From Guillardia theta CCMP2712 (taxonomy: Eukaryota; Protista; Cryptophyta): a stretch of DNA of 64,000 nucleotides. Positions 12,301 through 25,232 of the stretch are shown here, in pieces. The position numbers and the translations under genes were made by a program. The notes under the pieces are model-generated. The model was given only the letters and a program-made list of their open reading frames with translations. It did not search any database and was not told the origin of the DNA. Numbering within the stretch: the stretch's first letter is position 1; every line of letters begins with the position of its first letter. The DNA lies in contig NW_005434665.1 of NCBI RefSeq assembly GCF_000315625.1, positions 1,074,463 through 1,138,462 on the forward strand, written 5' to 3'.

Positions 12301-15300
12301 GGTGCGGAACCTGGCGGATGCGGAGATGGGGGAGGCGGAGGACCTTGATGAGACGTTCTCCCCGAGGCAGCAGAGGAGGAGCGTCCCCTCCAAGCAGACG
12401 GTCCATCTCAACGTGTACGGGGTTGGGACGGTAGGAGCCGTGACGTTCGAGCCAGAGACGGTTGACTTCGGGACGCTGGTGGTGGGGACGCAGGTGTCGC
12501 GGGTGATCAAGTTGGTCAACCACTCGGACTGTACCATGTACCACAATATCACCTCGAGCATGGAGAAGAACTTGGAGTACAAGGACGGCAAAGGCTTTAT
12601 CTCTGCCTTCTCCACCAAGAGAGTCACTATCTGCTTCACCCCCAGTGAGAGGAAGTACTACAACGTCACCATCACCTGCCGGCTCTCCACCAGCTCCGAG
12701 TCGCTCGTCACTGGCGACCATGGGCCGAACCGAACGGGAATACAGCTCCTCCAGGTCCCCTGACCCCCTGATCCTGCCCCTGTCTCTCCTCCTTCCCCTC
12801 CTCCTTCCCTCCACCTTCCTTCCAATGTCCTTCCTCCTTCCCCTTCTCCTCTGCTCCTTCCCCTGCCCCTGTCTGTCCTCCGTACTGCTGCCCACCCACC
12901 ATCCCCAGTGCCTTCCCATGTCTTCTGACACTTGATGTCCACCAGGCGCTGGAGTTTGAGGATGCGCCTCAGTGTCAGGTGCTAGGCAACGCAGTGTATC
13001 CCGTCCTCTCGATCGTGGACGCGAGGGCGGCAGGGAGCGTGTTCAACCCGATCTCCTCCTCCCGGGTGTGGAGGGAGTTCAGCCTGATGAAGATGAACAA
13101 GGAGCTGTCGTCGGATCTCAACAGGAAGGAGGTCAAGTGGAACAAGGCTGAGATCGATGAGACCGATCCGACCAAAGTGTTGCAAGTGATGGAAATGAGG
13201 TTTGAGGTCAAAGAGCAGGGCTACCCCCCCAGCATGAACATCCTCCGACTCAAGAACACTGGCGTGCTCGCCCTCGACTTCCTCCTCAAGTTCCCCAAGG
13301 ATGATGAAGATGAGCCTGAGAACTGGGTGGACAAAGATCTACAGGTCTGCTCCTTTTCCACCCCCCCTCTCTCCCCACCCCCTTCTTTCTCCCTCCTTCC
13401 CTCCTTCCCACCTCCCCACCTCCCCCTTTTCTCCCCCAACTCCACCCCCCTTGATCTTGATCTCCCCCACATTTCCTTTCTGTACTCCGGCCACATCCTC
13501 TGTCAGTCTTTCCTTCTGTCCTCCTCTTCCTCCCTCTCTTCTCCCTCCCCTCCTCCTTCCTCAACACAACATCGCATTGAAGTGATCGCTACAGGGCGAG
13601 GAGGAGCTGACTCTCAACATGATCCTTGAGAACAAGCTCTTCCTCTGCGAGCCTCGCAGGGGACACTTGGAGGTGGGAGAGGAAGTAGATCTCATCCTCT
13701 CCTACAAGCACCTCATGGCCACTAAGGAGTTCCGCCTCCCAGTCGTGCTCAACATCTGCGAGCTGCCTGCAGCAGGAGGCGTTCTCAACACAGGAAAGCA
13801 GATCGTTCTCTCCCTCATTGGTCAGACTCTGGCCATCGCCGAAGCTTACCTGCACCTCCCTGCTCCCGATGCTCAGCACTACAAGCACCTCGAGTGGGGC
13901 TTCGAGAAGACCCCCATAGGGCTGATTTCTCCTCCCATCCAGTACTACAAGCTCGAGAACCTTGGACAGGTGAGGTTGGGGGTTGAGAGAAGGAGAGCTG
14001 AATGGGGTCAGGAGGGAGTTGAGGGAGGGTTGTAAGTAGAAGGGAGGGGAGTAGGTGGAGAAGTTGAGGAGAAGGCAAAGACCGAGGTGGAACAGTGCAG
14101 GCAGGCACGAGGGGGAGGAGGAGGAGGAGGAGGAGGAGGAGGAGGAGGAGGAGGAGGAGGAGGAGGAGGAGGAGTGGTGGTGGTGGTTGCTGAGAGGAAG
14201 GGTTGAAGGTACCGCTGGACTATCACGTGGACATGAGCGAGGTGGAGAAACTGAACGCGGAGAACTTTGGCTTCGACGTGGTCACTTGTCTCGACAACAC
14301 CGACTGGCACCTCGAACCCGGCGAGAGCGTCACCATGCGTTGGGTCTTCAACCCCCTTGAGGCGAAGGTAAAGGAGTAAGGAGGAGGAGGAGGAGGAGGA
14401 AGGGGTGGGGGGGGGGTGGAGGGTAACTGAGCAGAGGAGGATGGTGGAAGAGGAGGATGTTTCAAGAAGGAGGATGAGGAGGAGTGAGATTGAAGAGAGC
14501 GAGTTTCAAGGACATTTTGGTGTTTAGGAGGAGGCAAAGAGTAGCGTGTTGACTTGTTCCTGCAGATGTACACGTGGCAGCTTCCTATCTCAGTTTACAG
14601 CGGGGAGAGTGGGGGGGAAACGCACGTCGTCAAGTTTTACGCTGAGGGATGCCAGCCCAGCGTGCACAGCAACCCTGAGACAACCGTATGGCAGATGCCG
14701 TCGTCTCAGGTCCCCTGCTCCCCTCCCCTCCCCTTTCCTCTTTTCTCCTCTCCACTCGTCTTGCTCATCTGCTGTCCTTGCTGCTCCTGTTCTCCTCTCC
14801 TCTCCTCCCCTCTCTCATCTGCTCCACAGATCATGCCGACGCCCAACCAGCTGGTCTTGATGACGGCGGAGAGATTCTGCATGGGCAACATCCCGCTCGG
14901 CGCGACGATCCACCGGATGATCATCCTGACCAACTTCAGTCACGAGCAGGTCATGATATTCAACTTCGACCTGGACGGGGAGCTTGCGAAGCAGATGGTA
15001 GTCCTGCATCCCCAGAGCGGCGAGATTGACCCGCTCTCGCACGTTGTTGTCAAGATGACCGTGCGCTGTATGACCTCCAGCATCCTTGACTTCGATGTGC
15101 CTTGCATGGTGAGCATGATACTGTAGACGCAATTGTTCCTCCTCCTCTTCCTGCTCCTACTCCTCCACCACCTTGTCCTCCTGTCCTTCCCCACCACCAC
15201 CACCACCACCACCTCGTCCTCCTCGCCTCCGTGTTGCTCGTCACTTCCTCGCACTGATTTGCTACCCGGTGCAGGTGGCACCGAAGCAAGAGCCTGAGGA

Positions 15301-17002
15301 GGAGAACGAGGACCTAGCAGACGACAACGAAGACGCTGCACCGCCTCCTACTAGCGGGACTGGCCGGCCATCGACAGGCATCGCGCAGTCAGTATCAGGA
15401 GGGTCAGTCGCTGGGACAGCGAAGAGCGCGAGGAGGAGGAAGAGAACGTCAGTGATAGAGCTTCCTCCTCCCATGCGCAGCTCCGTGAGGCAGAGACACG
15501 GGGGCACGCGGGGCTTCGTGAGCTTCCAGGAGAGGAATGACGGGAAAGACAGCGGCAACCGAACGCAGGTAGGGAGGACGAGGGATCAGGAAGGGGAGGA
15601 TGGGAGAGGAGGAGAGAAGGATGGGGAAGGGAGAGGGGAAGGGAAGGACGGGGGAGGGGGACGGGGAGGGAGGAGGCGACCTTTCCCCTTGTAACTGTGC
15701 TCGCTTGCAAGCAGTCCTTCATGGACGACGCGGCGAGCGTGAAGAGCGGGTCGAGCAGAATCAGCGCGGCTACCGCCCAAACCTCCGTGTCCATGGCGAG
15801 CGCTCTCTCCTCAGTGAGCAGGCAGACGGGGATCGGGTCGCACATGGATCAGGTGAGACGATCGGGTGAGTTGCTGAGCGGCTGACGAGAGGAGCAGGAG
15901 GACGACGACGAGAGCTCCGAGCAGTATCTCTTCCTCTCCCTTCAAGCTCACGTCCGACCCCCAGAGCAACATCGTTCCCTGCATGAAAACAACCACGTGA
16001 GTGTGCTTTGCTCTGCCCCCCCCCCCCTCCCCTTCCCCTTCCCCTGTCTCCGATCTCACTCCTGTGCAGTTCTTCTGGTTCCCCAAGTCTAGTTTCTCCT
16101 CCCCGGACGGTATCTCCCCCAACCTGCGTCTCCCCACCACCGCCTCTAGTGCGACCAGCGACCGCCGCAGCCCCTCGCTTGCTAGCGGCAACGATCAGAG
16201 TCCTGCTAGCACAGCCACGGGCACCCGAGGAAACAGCGCTGCTGGCTCGCGCCCCTCCACCAGGGACGCCAGCCAGGTGAGAGGAGGAGTGTGGAGGAGC
16301 ACTTGAACTGACAGGGCAACAGCAAGCGCAGCTGCGCGCCAAGGTCACGGAGGGGATTCTGGAGCAGTTGCTCAACGACATCATCAACGACGACCAGGTG
16401 CCTGAGGTCTGTGCTCTAGAGCCCCTGCTGACCTCCGAGCAGATCCTCAACTCCTTCACCCAGCTGGAGGAGGCGCCGGTCCCGTGCTTTGTGCAGGTAA
16501 GAAACCAGTGGGAGAGTCTGGAGCGCTGAAGGGAAAGCGGCAGGTTGCCAAGAGGCCTCCTGCGATCTTCCAGTGCGAGGAAGCGTCGAGGTGAGACCTC
16601 CTCGTCAAGCTCTTGTAGCTGACTGCAGATGGAAGCAGAGGGGAGGCAGAGGCGGTCGCGGATGCCGCTGAGGTTCGTTCATCTCTGCCTGTGCTCGTTC
16701 GTGACATGCTGTCTGGCTCAGAAGGCTCACGAGGGAAGGAAGCGACGGGTTTACGCGGGCATCGACGTCCCCGGGCATAGCGCAGAGGTAATAGCGTGCT
16801 AATTTCAGAGGAATAGTGCTGACCTACTTGCTCCCAGGTACCGTTGGAGTTGACGGAGGAAGAAGAGGAGGAGCTACAGAGGGACACAAGGAGGAGGACG
16901 GCCATGAGCATGCCGGAGTTTGAGAACCTGGCAGCCTTTGTGCTGAACGCGTGTATCTTTAACTTTTTGGAGGAGCTGACCTATGGAGAGGAACAATTAT
17001 GA
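9370..17002 (+). CDS. CFAP65: Cilia- and flagella-associated protein 65 (CCDC108), tandem ASH/Ig-like domains
   Basis: N-terminal YGIDC...EPGGDYKQKLTIKNVSTQVIKFKYKLPETSFF...FRP matches the CFAP65 pattern; repeated 'L.FG....G......L.N' ASH motifs over many exons; stop TGA 17000-17002. Confidence 0.8.
14114..14173 (+). repeat. (GGA)n microsatellite in a CFAP65 intron
   Basis: About 20 tandem GGA units; similar tracts at ~14378, 31010, 32564, 33995, 50384 and 52529 (CCT). Confidence 0.95.
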
Positions 17003-17016
17003 AGTACAAGGTCTCT

Positions 17017-18250
17017 TCACTTCACGTGCAGCTGCTGCTGGGTGTCGTTAAGGTCGGGGTCGAAGACGAAGTACGGTTTCTTCCCCCGGAACCTGATGAA
17101 CAAGTCAGAGCTCCCATGCTGATCGCCAACAGACTCACTCTGCCCTCAGTCGCTCAAACTCTTGCATGTCGAACTTAAGCACATGCCGACGTGGCTCTTG
17201 ATTCTCAGACGCCGCGCTGTGTTGATCGACCTTCTTTGCAATGATGTGACCTTGCGCCGGATCCTTTTCGAGGGCTAGAATGTTTTGATTCACCAGGGCT
17301 GAGCAGTCGAAGAGATTTTCAATTGTCTCCCCGAATGAGTCAGGGTTGAAGAAAAGTTCAGCAAATCTCATTGTGAAATCCCGACTCCACGACTCAATCT
17401 TGCTCCTGATTTGTCGCTGTCTCTTTTCACTGTTTCGTTTGTCGCTGTTTGCATCTGAGCCTGTCAAAGGAGTGGTCTCCTCCACCTTCACAAGACGTCA
17501 ACAATCGTCGGACGAAGGGTCCCAGTCTCTTACCTGTCGCCTCTTCTGCCTCACAGCTTGCTTTCTCACTTTGGGTTGGATGTCCTTGCCAAGCGGGTGT
17601 GACATGAAGTGAATGCTAGGTGTATAGTCGCAGAAGGCAGCAGCATGTCGGTCCATCTTGCTCCAGTCGATGTCCACGTCATCTTCTTGCGAGGGATTCA
17701 AAGAGCGAACGCTGTACATCTCCACTGTGTTGATTACAAACTGCTTGGTGCTAAAACGACCTCCCTCCGTGTCCGCATTCTTCGCGCGATCAACTCCACA
17801 CTTGATCATACGATTGAAGCATTCTGCTTCTTTCGACATCGCCACCGGATGTTGCACATCCGCAAGCTGCGCATTGCTCCTCTCTACAAAGTTGAGGAGG
17901 ATTCTCCCTCCCTGTTCTTCTCTCGCATTCGTGATCACATGGCTGTTTGCTTTGAGGAGAGCGTTAGAATCTTACACCGGAATGTCAGGATGGAGGAGAT
18001 TTACCTTTGATCTCCTCATCAAGTTCATCGTATTTGCGAAGCTGTTCTCGTACTGCATTCCTTGTCCTTAAGGCGCTGCGATGGCCGTCGCTCATTCTGC
18101 ATCCCGAGAATGTCAATGTCCTCGATCGATTGTGAGAATCCCGCTGAAATGTCTCGGAAACAAACTAGGGAGTTCGCATTCGCATTAACCAATCGATGGC
18201 TAACTTTCTATCAAGCTCAAATCGCAACACCCTTACATCTCAACATCTCG
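17017..18250 (-). CDS. NSE4: Nse4/EID kleisin subunit of the SMC5/6 complex
   Basis: Nse4_C motif FAELFFNPDSFGETIENLFDCSALV...HVLKFDMQEFERL; spliced last exon ends at TGA 17017-17019. 5' end approximate. Confidence 0.75.
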
Positions 18251-18837
18251 ACCGAATGCACCCTTCGCAACATTGATGCTCTGCTGTTACCTAACCGAAT
18301 GAATATCCAAAAACGATTCCATTCTTTAAATCTCATCCTATTTCCTTCAAGCTTTCTCTCTCCGCTTACAGTTTCATTCACTTATTCTCTTCCCTGTCTC
18401 CCTGCCCTTCCCTTTACCCCCCCGCCCCCCCGCCCCCCATCTTCTCTCTGTCTCTGTCTCTACATTCCCCCCCCCCCCTCCCCTCCCTCGAAGTTTCGTT
18501 GTTCCTACATTTGCGCGGGAAGTTTGGTTCCGCCACCCCTACCTCCCCCATGTCCCTTCTTGGCAGGGGTCTTGACCACCCTCCACATTTCTCAGACACC
18601 AGTTGGACCCTACCCCGAATTTCCCACTTCAATATTGCTCATATACACCGGTATTATTACCTGGAAGACTACCCCACCTCAGATTCCCAAATTTCCTACC
18701 TCCAGCAGAGCACCTGGACCCCTCTAAATGTAATCCCGTTGTGTGAGTACCCCTTATTATGAGCTAAACATACCCACCCTATGAGCTTCAAAAACTACCC
18801 CATTTGCCCATGACCCTCTACATAAAAACATGCCGGA

Positions 18838-19643
18838 ATGCCGGTGAAGCGGGCGGAGCCAATATGTCGTCGATGCGAGAGGAGAGGGTAAGGAGGAGGT
18901 GGATCGGAGAGAGGAAGTGTCGGAAAGAGGAAACAGAAATGGGAGGGAGCTGATGCAGAGCTACTGTGAATAGAACAATCAATGTGTGTAAGGAGGAAGG
19001 ATTCAAAAGGCCATTACCAAGAGTTTCTGATTCTTGTTGGCCAGGCACATCGCAAAGAATTGCCCTTCGGCAACTACATGTGATCGATGTGGACGAGCAG
19101 GTCATGTAGCCAAGGATTGTATGAGGGGGAGGGGACTCTCATGCCATATCTGTGGAGGAACTCATTTTCAACGAGATTGTCCGAGGTCTTTCTTGATGCT
19201 CGTCGGAAGATGCTGAAGCAATTCACAGGAAAGATAACAAAAAGAGGAAATTAAACGATCCTGAGATGTTAGAGAAGAACAGAGAGATCACAGAGTTCAG
19301 AGAGGCAAGGAGAAGCTTTGTTTCAGAGGAGGAGGTCCCCCATGTCAGCACCCCCCTTGCATGGAGCTCGACCCTCGCCCCCTCTTCCTCCAAACATCTC
19401 AAGGCTCATGTTGTCCCTGTCACTGTCGTCAGATTGAAAGCGGAGAGGAATGGGGATAGTGGAGAGAGAGCTCCAGACGATCATCACCCTAAAGGTACGT
19501 GGGGGGTTCTTTTTCCTTGTCATCCTTGCGACGGAGTCTACATCATCCTTGCCTGTTACCTCTGCCTTGCTGATAGCTCACTGTTTGCAGATGGAGGCAG
19601 CAGTCTGAGTCTAATAGCGAGCTACAGTTCTGATTCTGATTAG
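18838..19643 (+). CDS. Small protein with three CCHC zinc knuckles (CNBP/Gis2-like nucleic-acid binder)
   Basis: MPVKRAEPICRRCERRG|HIAKNC (knuckle split by a GT-AG intron), CDRCGRAGHVAKDC, CHICGGTHFQRDC; stop TAG 19641-19643. Confidence 0.8.
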
Positions 19644-19708
19644 GGTTTGAATGATGGTTTATGTATGATAGTTTTATAGTAAATCAAGCCCTTTCCTGTG
19701 GAATATTC

Positions 19709-21907
19709 TCACTTTCTCCCTCGCTTCTCTCGTTTCAAAGGTTCCTTCTTTGGGACATAATCTTGATTCTCCTTGCTAATCCTGGCTGCTAGCTTTTCAA
19801 TCTCCTTCTTGTCTTTCTGTGTAAGTTTCGACAACCCCAGCCGATTCTCGATGAGGACTTTCTGTACACCATCCTGCAGTCTGATCAGTCCAATGGGAAG
19901 CTCGGGATGCAACCTACCTCGCACTGGTCCGACGTGTCCAGAATGAATTGATTCGCATCAAAGTTTATCTTCTTCAACTCGTCGATCATGTGATGGTAGG
20001 CGGGTAAGAAGTATTCGTTCATAGCTCCATCCCCTTCGTCGCTATCAGATATATCATCAAGGCTTCCTGCGCCCTTTGCCTTGCCTACGACATCCGGCTA
20101 TCAATTCCATGCATGTGTCTCTGAGGCTTAATGAAACTTACGTGGTGACTTCCTCTTCTTGCCAATCTCAAGCATCCACTCAGCTGACTTCATCATGTCC
20201 ACTCGACGTTTCTGCATTTTCGATAGATTTTCTGGTGTATCGCTTTTTTCAAGTTGGAGTGTATCCACCACAGGCTGGGAGGAGGGATATTAGCGCATGA
20301 GACTGGTGATTTTTCGTAACTCACTTGATCTGTAGCCTTGCTTTCTTGTTGTTCCTTTTCCTCTTCCAACCTCATCTGCGCAGAGGCTTCTTCTCGTTTC
20401 TTCTTCTCTTGATGCTCCTTGAAGAACGCTTTTATCTGCAAGTATCTCAGTCTTGTACTTGATCAACAAAGAAACAAGAATTTCATACCATTTTGGGTAT
20501 TTTTGCGTGAGCCTTAGGCTTTACAGAACTTGGGGTCGATCCATTCCCGTTCTTCGAAGTTGCACTTTTTGACCCTTTAGGATTTGACCTCTTGGGAGTT
20601 TTAGGATTTGAGCTCTTGGGAGTTTTAGGATTTGAGCTCTTGGGAGTTTTAGGATTTGAGCTCTTGGGAGTTTTAGTGCTCTTCGTAGTAGAGTTCTTGG
20701 TGCTCTTCTGGGTCAAAGTTTTCGAACTCTTGGGACTCAAGCTCTTGGTATTCTTAGGGGAAGAGCGCCTCTCCGAAGAGCTCGTGACATCCTTGACAAC
20801 CGGTGCATTCGTGGGCGACATGCTCATAGCGGAGCTCTTGGCGTTCCTTGGCGTAGTGCCGTTAAGTTTACTGGCCTGGTGCGACTGATTGCAAAATTTA
20901 GGATGACACAGCGAATCATCAATACCCTTCTAAGATTCACCTGAACGTTTCTAAGAGTTCGTGGAGATGATCTGTGAATTTTGGCTTCACGTGACAAATA
21001 TGTCATGAAAAGTCTCACCGCGAATCGACATCTGATTTCCTTTTCACATCGGCTTCCTGAGCATCTTTGTCCATTGAGCGATGATCTCCCTTCTTCTTAC
21101 TTCCACTCTCATTTTGGAGAGATTCATCCATTCTCTTATCTTTCATTAAAAACATATGTGTGTCAAGGCATCGCAATATCAGAAAGAAATGGACAAGAGT
21201 ATCTTTTCGGCAAATCACCTGGTTTCATTGGTGTTGTTTTGGCCCGCTTGCTGCCCGACTTCCCGTTTTGATTCGACACTTCCATGTTTTGATCGGATTT
21301 CCTCTTTCCCTTGCTATCTGATGGTGTTTGCAGATCGGACCGGTCTCTAGACAATTCATGCTTCCCTGTCTGCTTGCTCGCAGACTGTTCTTTTGTCATC
21401 TTTCCAGGTTGCGTCTTCTTTGCAGGAGTCTTCTTTGCAGGGGTCTTTGTGGTAGGTGTGTTCTTCGCTGGAGGAGTAGGCTGACTTGCTGCCTTCGCTG
21501 AGAACTCCTTTGCTTTCTTTGCGGGGGGTTCTATTGCCAATTCCTTGTTTTGACCTGCGTGCGGGTCAAACTGAGTGGCTGGGATGTGGCCAGGACAAAC
21601 GAAGTTAAGATGTGACAGAGAAGAGAAGAAACAAAAAGAGACACGAGGCTTGAAATCATTGCAACGACTTCACACCTTGATTCTCGTTTTTGCGCTTCCT
21701 GCCCGCTCCTTCAACGGGCGACCCGGCCGATTGTTTCCCCTTTCCCCCAGGGCTCTTCGAACCAGCATTCTTCTTCGCTGACTTGACTGCATCTTGGCCT
21801 TGTTCCTGCTCATCTCTCTCAACAGAGCTGACGACATCAGCATCTGACTCTCTCCTCTTCTTCTGGAACGGCCTCCTCCCCGTCGACGGGTCGAACTGTC
21901 CCGCCAT
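19709..21907 (-). CDS. Lys/Ser/Thr/Pro-rich basic nuclear protein with TPxK repeats, unknown family
   Basis: Chainable ORFs (MAGQFDPSTGRRPFQKKRR..., PAKKTPAKK, TPKSSNPK x4, helical C-terminus ending KREKRGRK). Confidence 0.6.
20576..20676. repeat. 24-bp coding minisatellite, ~4 copies (TTTAGGATTTGAGCTCTTGGGAGT)
   Basis: Direct tandem copies visible; encodes TPKSSNPK on the minus strand. Confidence 0.95.
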
Positions 21908-22642
21908 GCCGCACCGCTTTTTTCCCGCCTTCGTTAGTCCTTGACCCGTTGACCGTCCTGGGCCTGTTGACCAGCAGTACAGTGCCACCGTGTGATCATT
22001 GATCGGATCCGGCGGGCCCGGCCGCCCGGCCCGGCCGCCGCACCGTTCTTCATGGCCTGCACCCGGGCCCATGACTCAGTGATCGGACTTAACTTTGAGT
22101 AAAGATCGGACGGCGGCTGCGGCTACTGCCGGGGCATCAGCTACGGTTCCTTGAAGTCAAGATGACAGGCCCTGAGGGCCGGGGAGGCTCGTAGCACCAC
22201 TCTGAGGAGGAGCCGGGAGGCTGCGGCGGGCGCCACGAACTTGAAGTTCGATCCGATCATCCCGGCCCTTTCCTATCGTGACATGCAGCTGGACTGGCTA
22301 ATTGAAAGCCTACTCAAGTTATTCAGTTTCGAACCCAAGACATCATCGTACGCGGATCAACTAAGTTTGATACGGTATCTCGGTCTGCTGTTCAATGATT
22401 GTTTTCTTTTATGCATTAGCAGTATCATGTTAGTCCCAGCAGCGCTTGGTGACTTCAAGTACGGAACTTCCGAAAAACAAACCTTCCTATGGAGTTAATT
22501 TGCACGTGCAATACATCTTTATGTGATTTCACGTCTTCTTCCCCTCCTTCCTAGTCTTTCTCCTCCTTCTCTTACAAAGGCTGAAATCATGTTTTGAATG
22601 TCTTGTTTATACAGAAACGCATTGCCCTCCCAACCTACTCTT

Positions 22643-22985
22643 TTATCTATTTTCCCCACCAGGGATCGCTCCCAACACTGTATCGCTTCCTCTGTTTCTC
22701 AGAACTGCACGTAAATATTCCCAGATTGATCGGGCAACCCTTTTCAACTTTCTTTTCTGTACCGTAAGAGCCTCCCAGCACAAAAGATTGGTTATACTTG
22801 GTCTGCCCCTTGCACCATTGCGGCAGGGTGTGCACATATGGCTCGAGCTCGGCGGGGTCTTCAAAGATAACAGGCTGCTGAGAAGGAATGAGAAAAGTAG
22901 AGAGAGAGCGAGAAGTCGAATTTCTTGTCGCACAAAGCACTATTCGTATAACCGGATGACATATGCTGGTATGACGTGCTGCCAT
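22643..22985 (-). CDS. Possible small hypothetical protein
   Basis: Protein-like ORF (FEDPAELEPYVHTLPQWCKGQTKYNQ...); no homology recognised. Confidence 0.25.
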
Positions 22986-24442
22986 ATCTGAAGAAGTTTT
23001 GTCCAGAATTGGAAAATATCAGGATAGAATTCGAAATGTTTGATAACAGTCGTACAATCACAGAGAACGAAGGAGAGGTAGATAGGTAGATAGGGAGGGA
23101 GACAGGTGTGAAGAAGGGAGGGGGCTGAGCGTGTGTTGTAAGTGTAGGAGGAGGGGGATGCAGGATTGGTTCGCTGATGTAGGTTAGGGGAGGATGGGTT
23201 CAATGACCATTTCTTTTTATCGGGATAAATCCGATGCGACCCGTGACACGAAAACCAGTCGTTTCAGGAAATAAGTCGGATGCTAAATCAGTTTTACTAT
23301 CGAACCTATCTCCCCCGGAGGCCAAGGGAGATACCTCTGATCTTTTACTTAGGACCGGAATTGAGAACTCGCCGAATTCTTCGGTTCTGCCCATCCGATA
23401 AGATACGGTCAAGCCACTTACGACTGACTGTCCGGTCACAGGCTTCAAGTTGCCCGTCACTGGCCGTCGGGGGCCGGACGTACTAGTATGCAATACTGCC
23501 GTAGTTCTGTTGGATGAGTTAAATCTTTCCGTACTGCGGCTGACGCCTAGGCGCAAGCCGCTTCAACCGCCGGCCCCCGACGGCGACGGTAACACTTGGC
23601 AATCGGATGATCCGATGATCCGATAGCAACTCGACAGTACGGTCACCGTGACTAATCAATCGAGTCGCCGTAGTAATCGTCACGGCGCCGTATGGCCAAG
23701 TGTGCGACAGAGTGTCAGGGTCAAGCCTCCTCGTCTCTCCTGATTTTCCTCGTACTTACTGATCTTGAACTTAACTTTGAGGGCGCCGCTGAGGCCCTGG
23801 CAACTGTTCCGAGTCACTCAGTGGGAGAGGAGGGGAGGCGGCTAACTTATTAAGTTGTGACCGCCGCCGGCCGCGTGCAGTGCCTCCCGGAGTTTCAAGT
23901 TTGGCGGACGCCGGGCGTACGGCCCGAGCCTCCGGCGGACTCCGGGGCCGGGGTCCGGCGGCCGCCTCAGCTTCATCGGTCCCATCCATTATTTACATTT
24001 CGAGTCTAGAAGAATCGTTGATTGATGTTTACTGAAAACTCTTTGAGAATACTATCATGTATCATAGATGTCGGAATGTTGATTCACGGTGGCCGAGCCC
24101 TGGCGCGAGCCTAAGCCGGCGCTATCGGACTCCGAGCGCCGGGCTGCGTGACGGTCGGACTCAGTCGGAAGGCGGGGGCCCGGGCACGGTATGAGCGGCC
24201 GCGGCATGCGGCGGCCGCAGAGCGACGGCGGGCGGGCCTTAGCCCGACGGTCCGGTCACGGGCCGGCTGATCGTGTCCGACTCGCGAGTCTCGGAGTGTG
24301 CCATGGTGCCGCCGCCCCGCGGCCCCGCGGCGGCGGCCCGGACTCGCCGATGATCATCGGATTACAGTGAGCCGCGGAGAGCGGTAGGCCCGCAATCGTA
24401 GTGCCGAGTCCGCATCAGTGCCGGATTTAGAGCAGCGCCGAC

Positions 24443-24935
24443 ATGTTCGCACTGGTGAGATGCGATAGGAACGGGAGGAGAGGGAGAGGGGGAGGGGAAG
24501 ACCGAGGAAGAGAGGAAGGAGGACTTGACATATGAGAGAGGGACAGATGAGAGGAAGGGAAGACGCGGGGGAAAGTCTGCCTATCTGTCATGAGTGAACA
24601 TCTCACTCTGACGAAGAAAGTGACATTGGGAATAGTTGAGGGAAACCAAGAAGTCACAGCTCTTCAAGGAACACGAGCACAAGCTCAACGCAAAGGACCA
24701 TGAAGCTGACAACACATTCTGCTCCTGCCCACAGATATATGAGGTTTGACGAGTTGCCGTCATGGCTGTCTGTGTGTGACGGGACTGTTACTTCAGATTA
24801 CATCAAGTTTCAAGAGCGCTCAGCTGTTTTGTTCGTGTCCCATGAATTACCATCATGCAATTTATTGATTTTTGATGAAACGTTGTTAAGACAGAGTTCT
24901 CACTGACGCAGGATGCCATGTTAGATCAACCTTGA
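24443..24935 (+). CDS. Possible small spliced protein with a repeated FCSCP motif
   Basis: ATGTTCGCACTG|gtgag start; putative exons KEHEHKLNAKDHEADNTFCSCPQIYE and SAQLFCSCPMNY. Confidence 0.3.
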
Positions 24936-25232
24936 CACATCGTTACCATTGGTAGCGATTTTTCAAAATGCTATTCATGGCATTCGTTCCTTTGTCATTT
25001 TCACACGAAAGCTACTCTGTCGACGGAGTTTGAGGAGGGAATTGTTTTTTCACTCCCCGTTTGAATTCAGCGCGATTGGTTTCTTGCGGAAATAACATCA
25101 AATAGAGTGTATGCGAGATGAGAAATTTGGTTTGAGCTAACTCTCAAAGAAAGTCATCACTTTGAAGATCGAGATTAGACTGCGATTCATAATTTACAGT
25201 AACAACATGCATGCCTCTACAGACTATTTACA

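Noticed and set aside
11636-12931. 431-aa antisense ORF (also 35427-36353, 56717-57490, 61477-61923)
   Set aside because: Shadow ORFs opposite GC3-rich real genes.
18838-19216. Zinc knuckles as retrotransposon Gag
   Set aside because: Spliced, short, and lacking capsid, protease, RT, integrase or LTRs nearby.
20576-20676. TTTAGG-containing repeat as interstitial telomere or CRISPR array
   Set aside because: 24-bp in-frame coding unit with no spacers and no tandem TTTAGGG.
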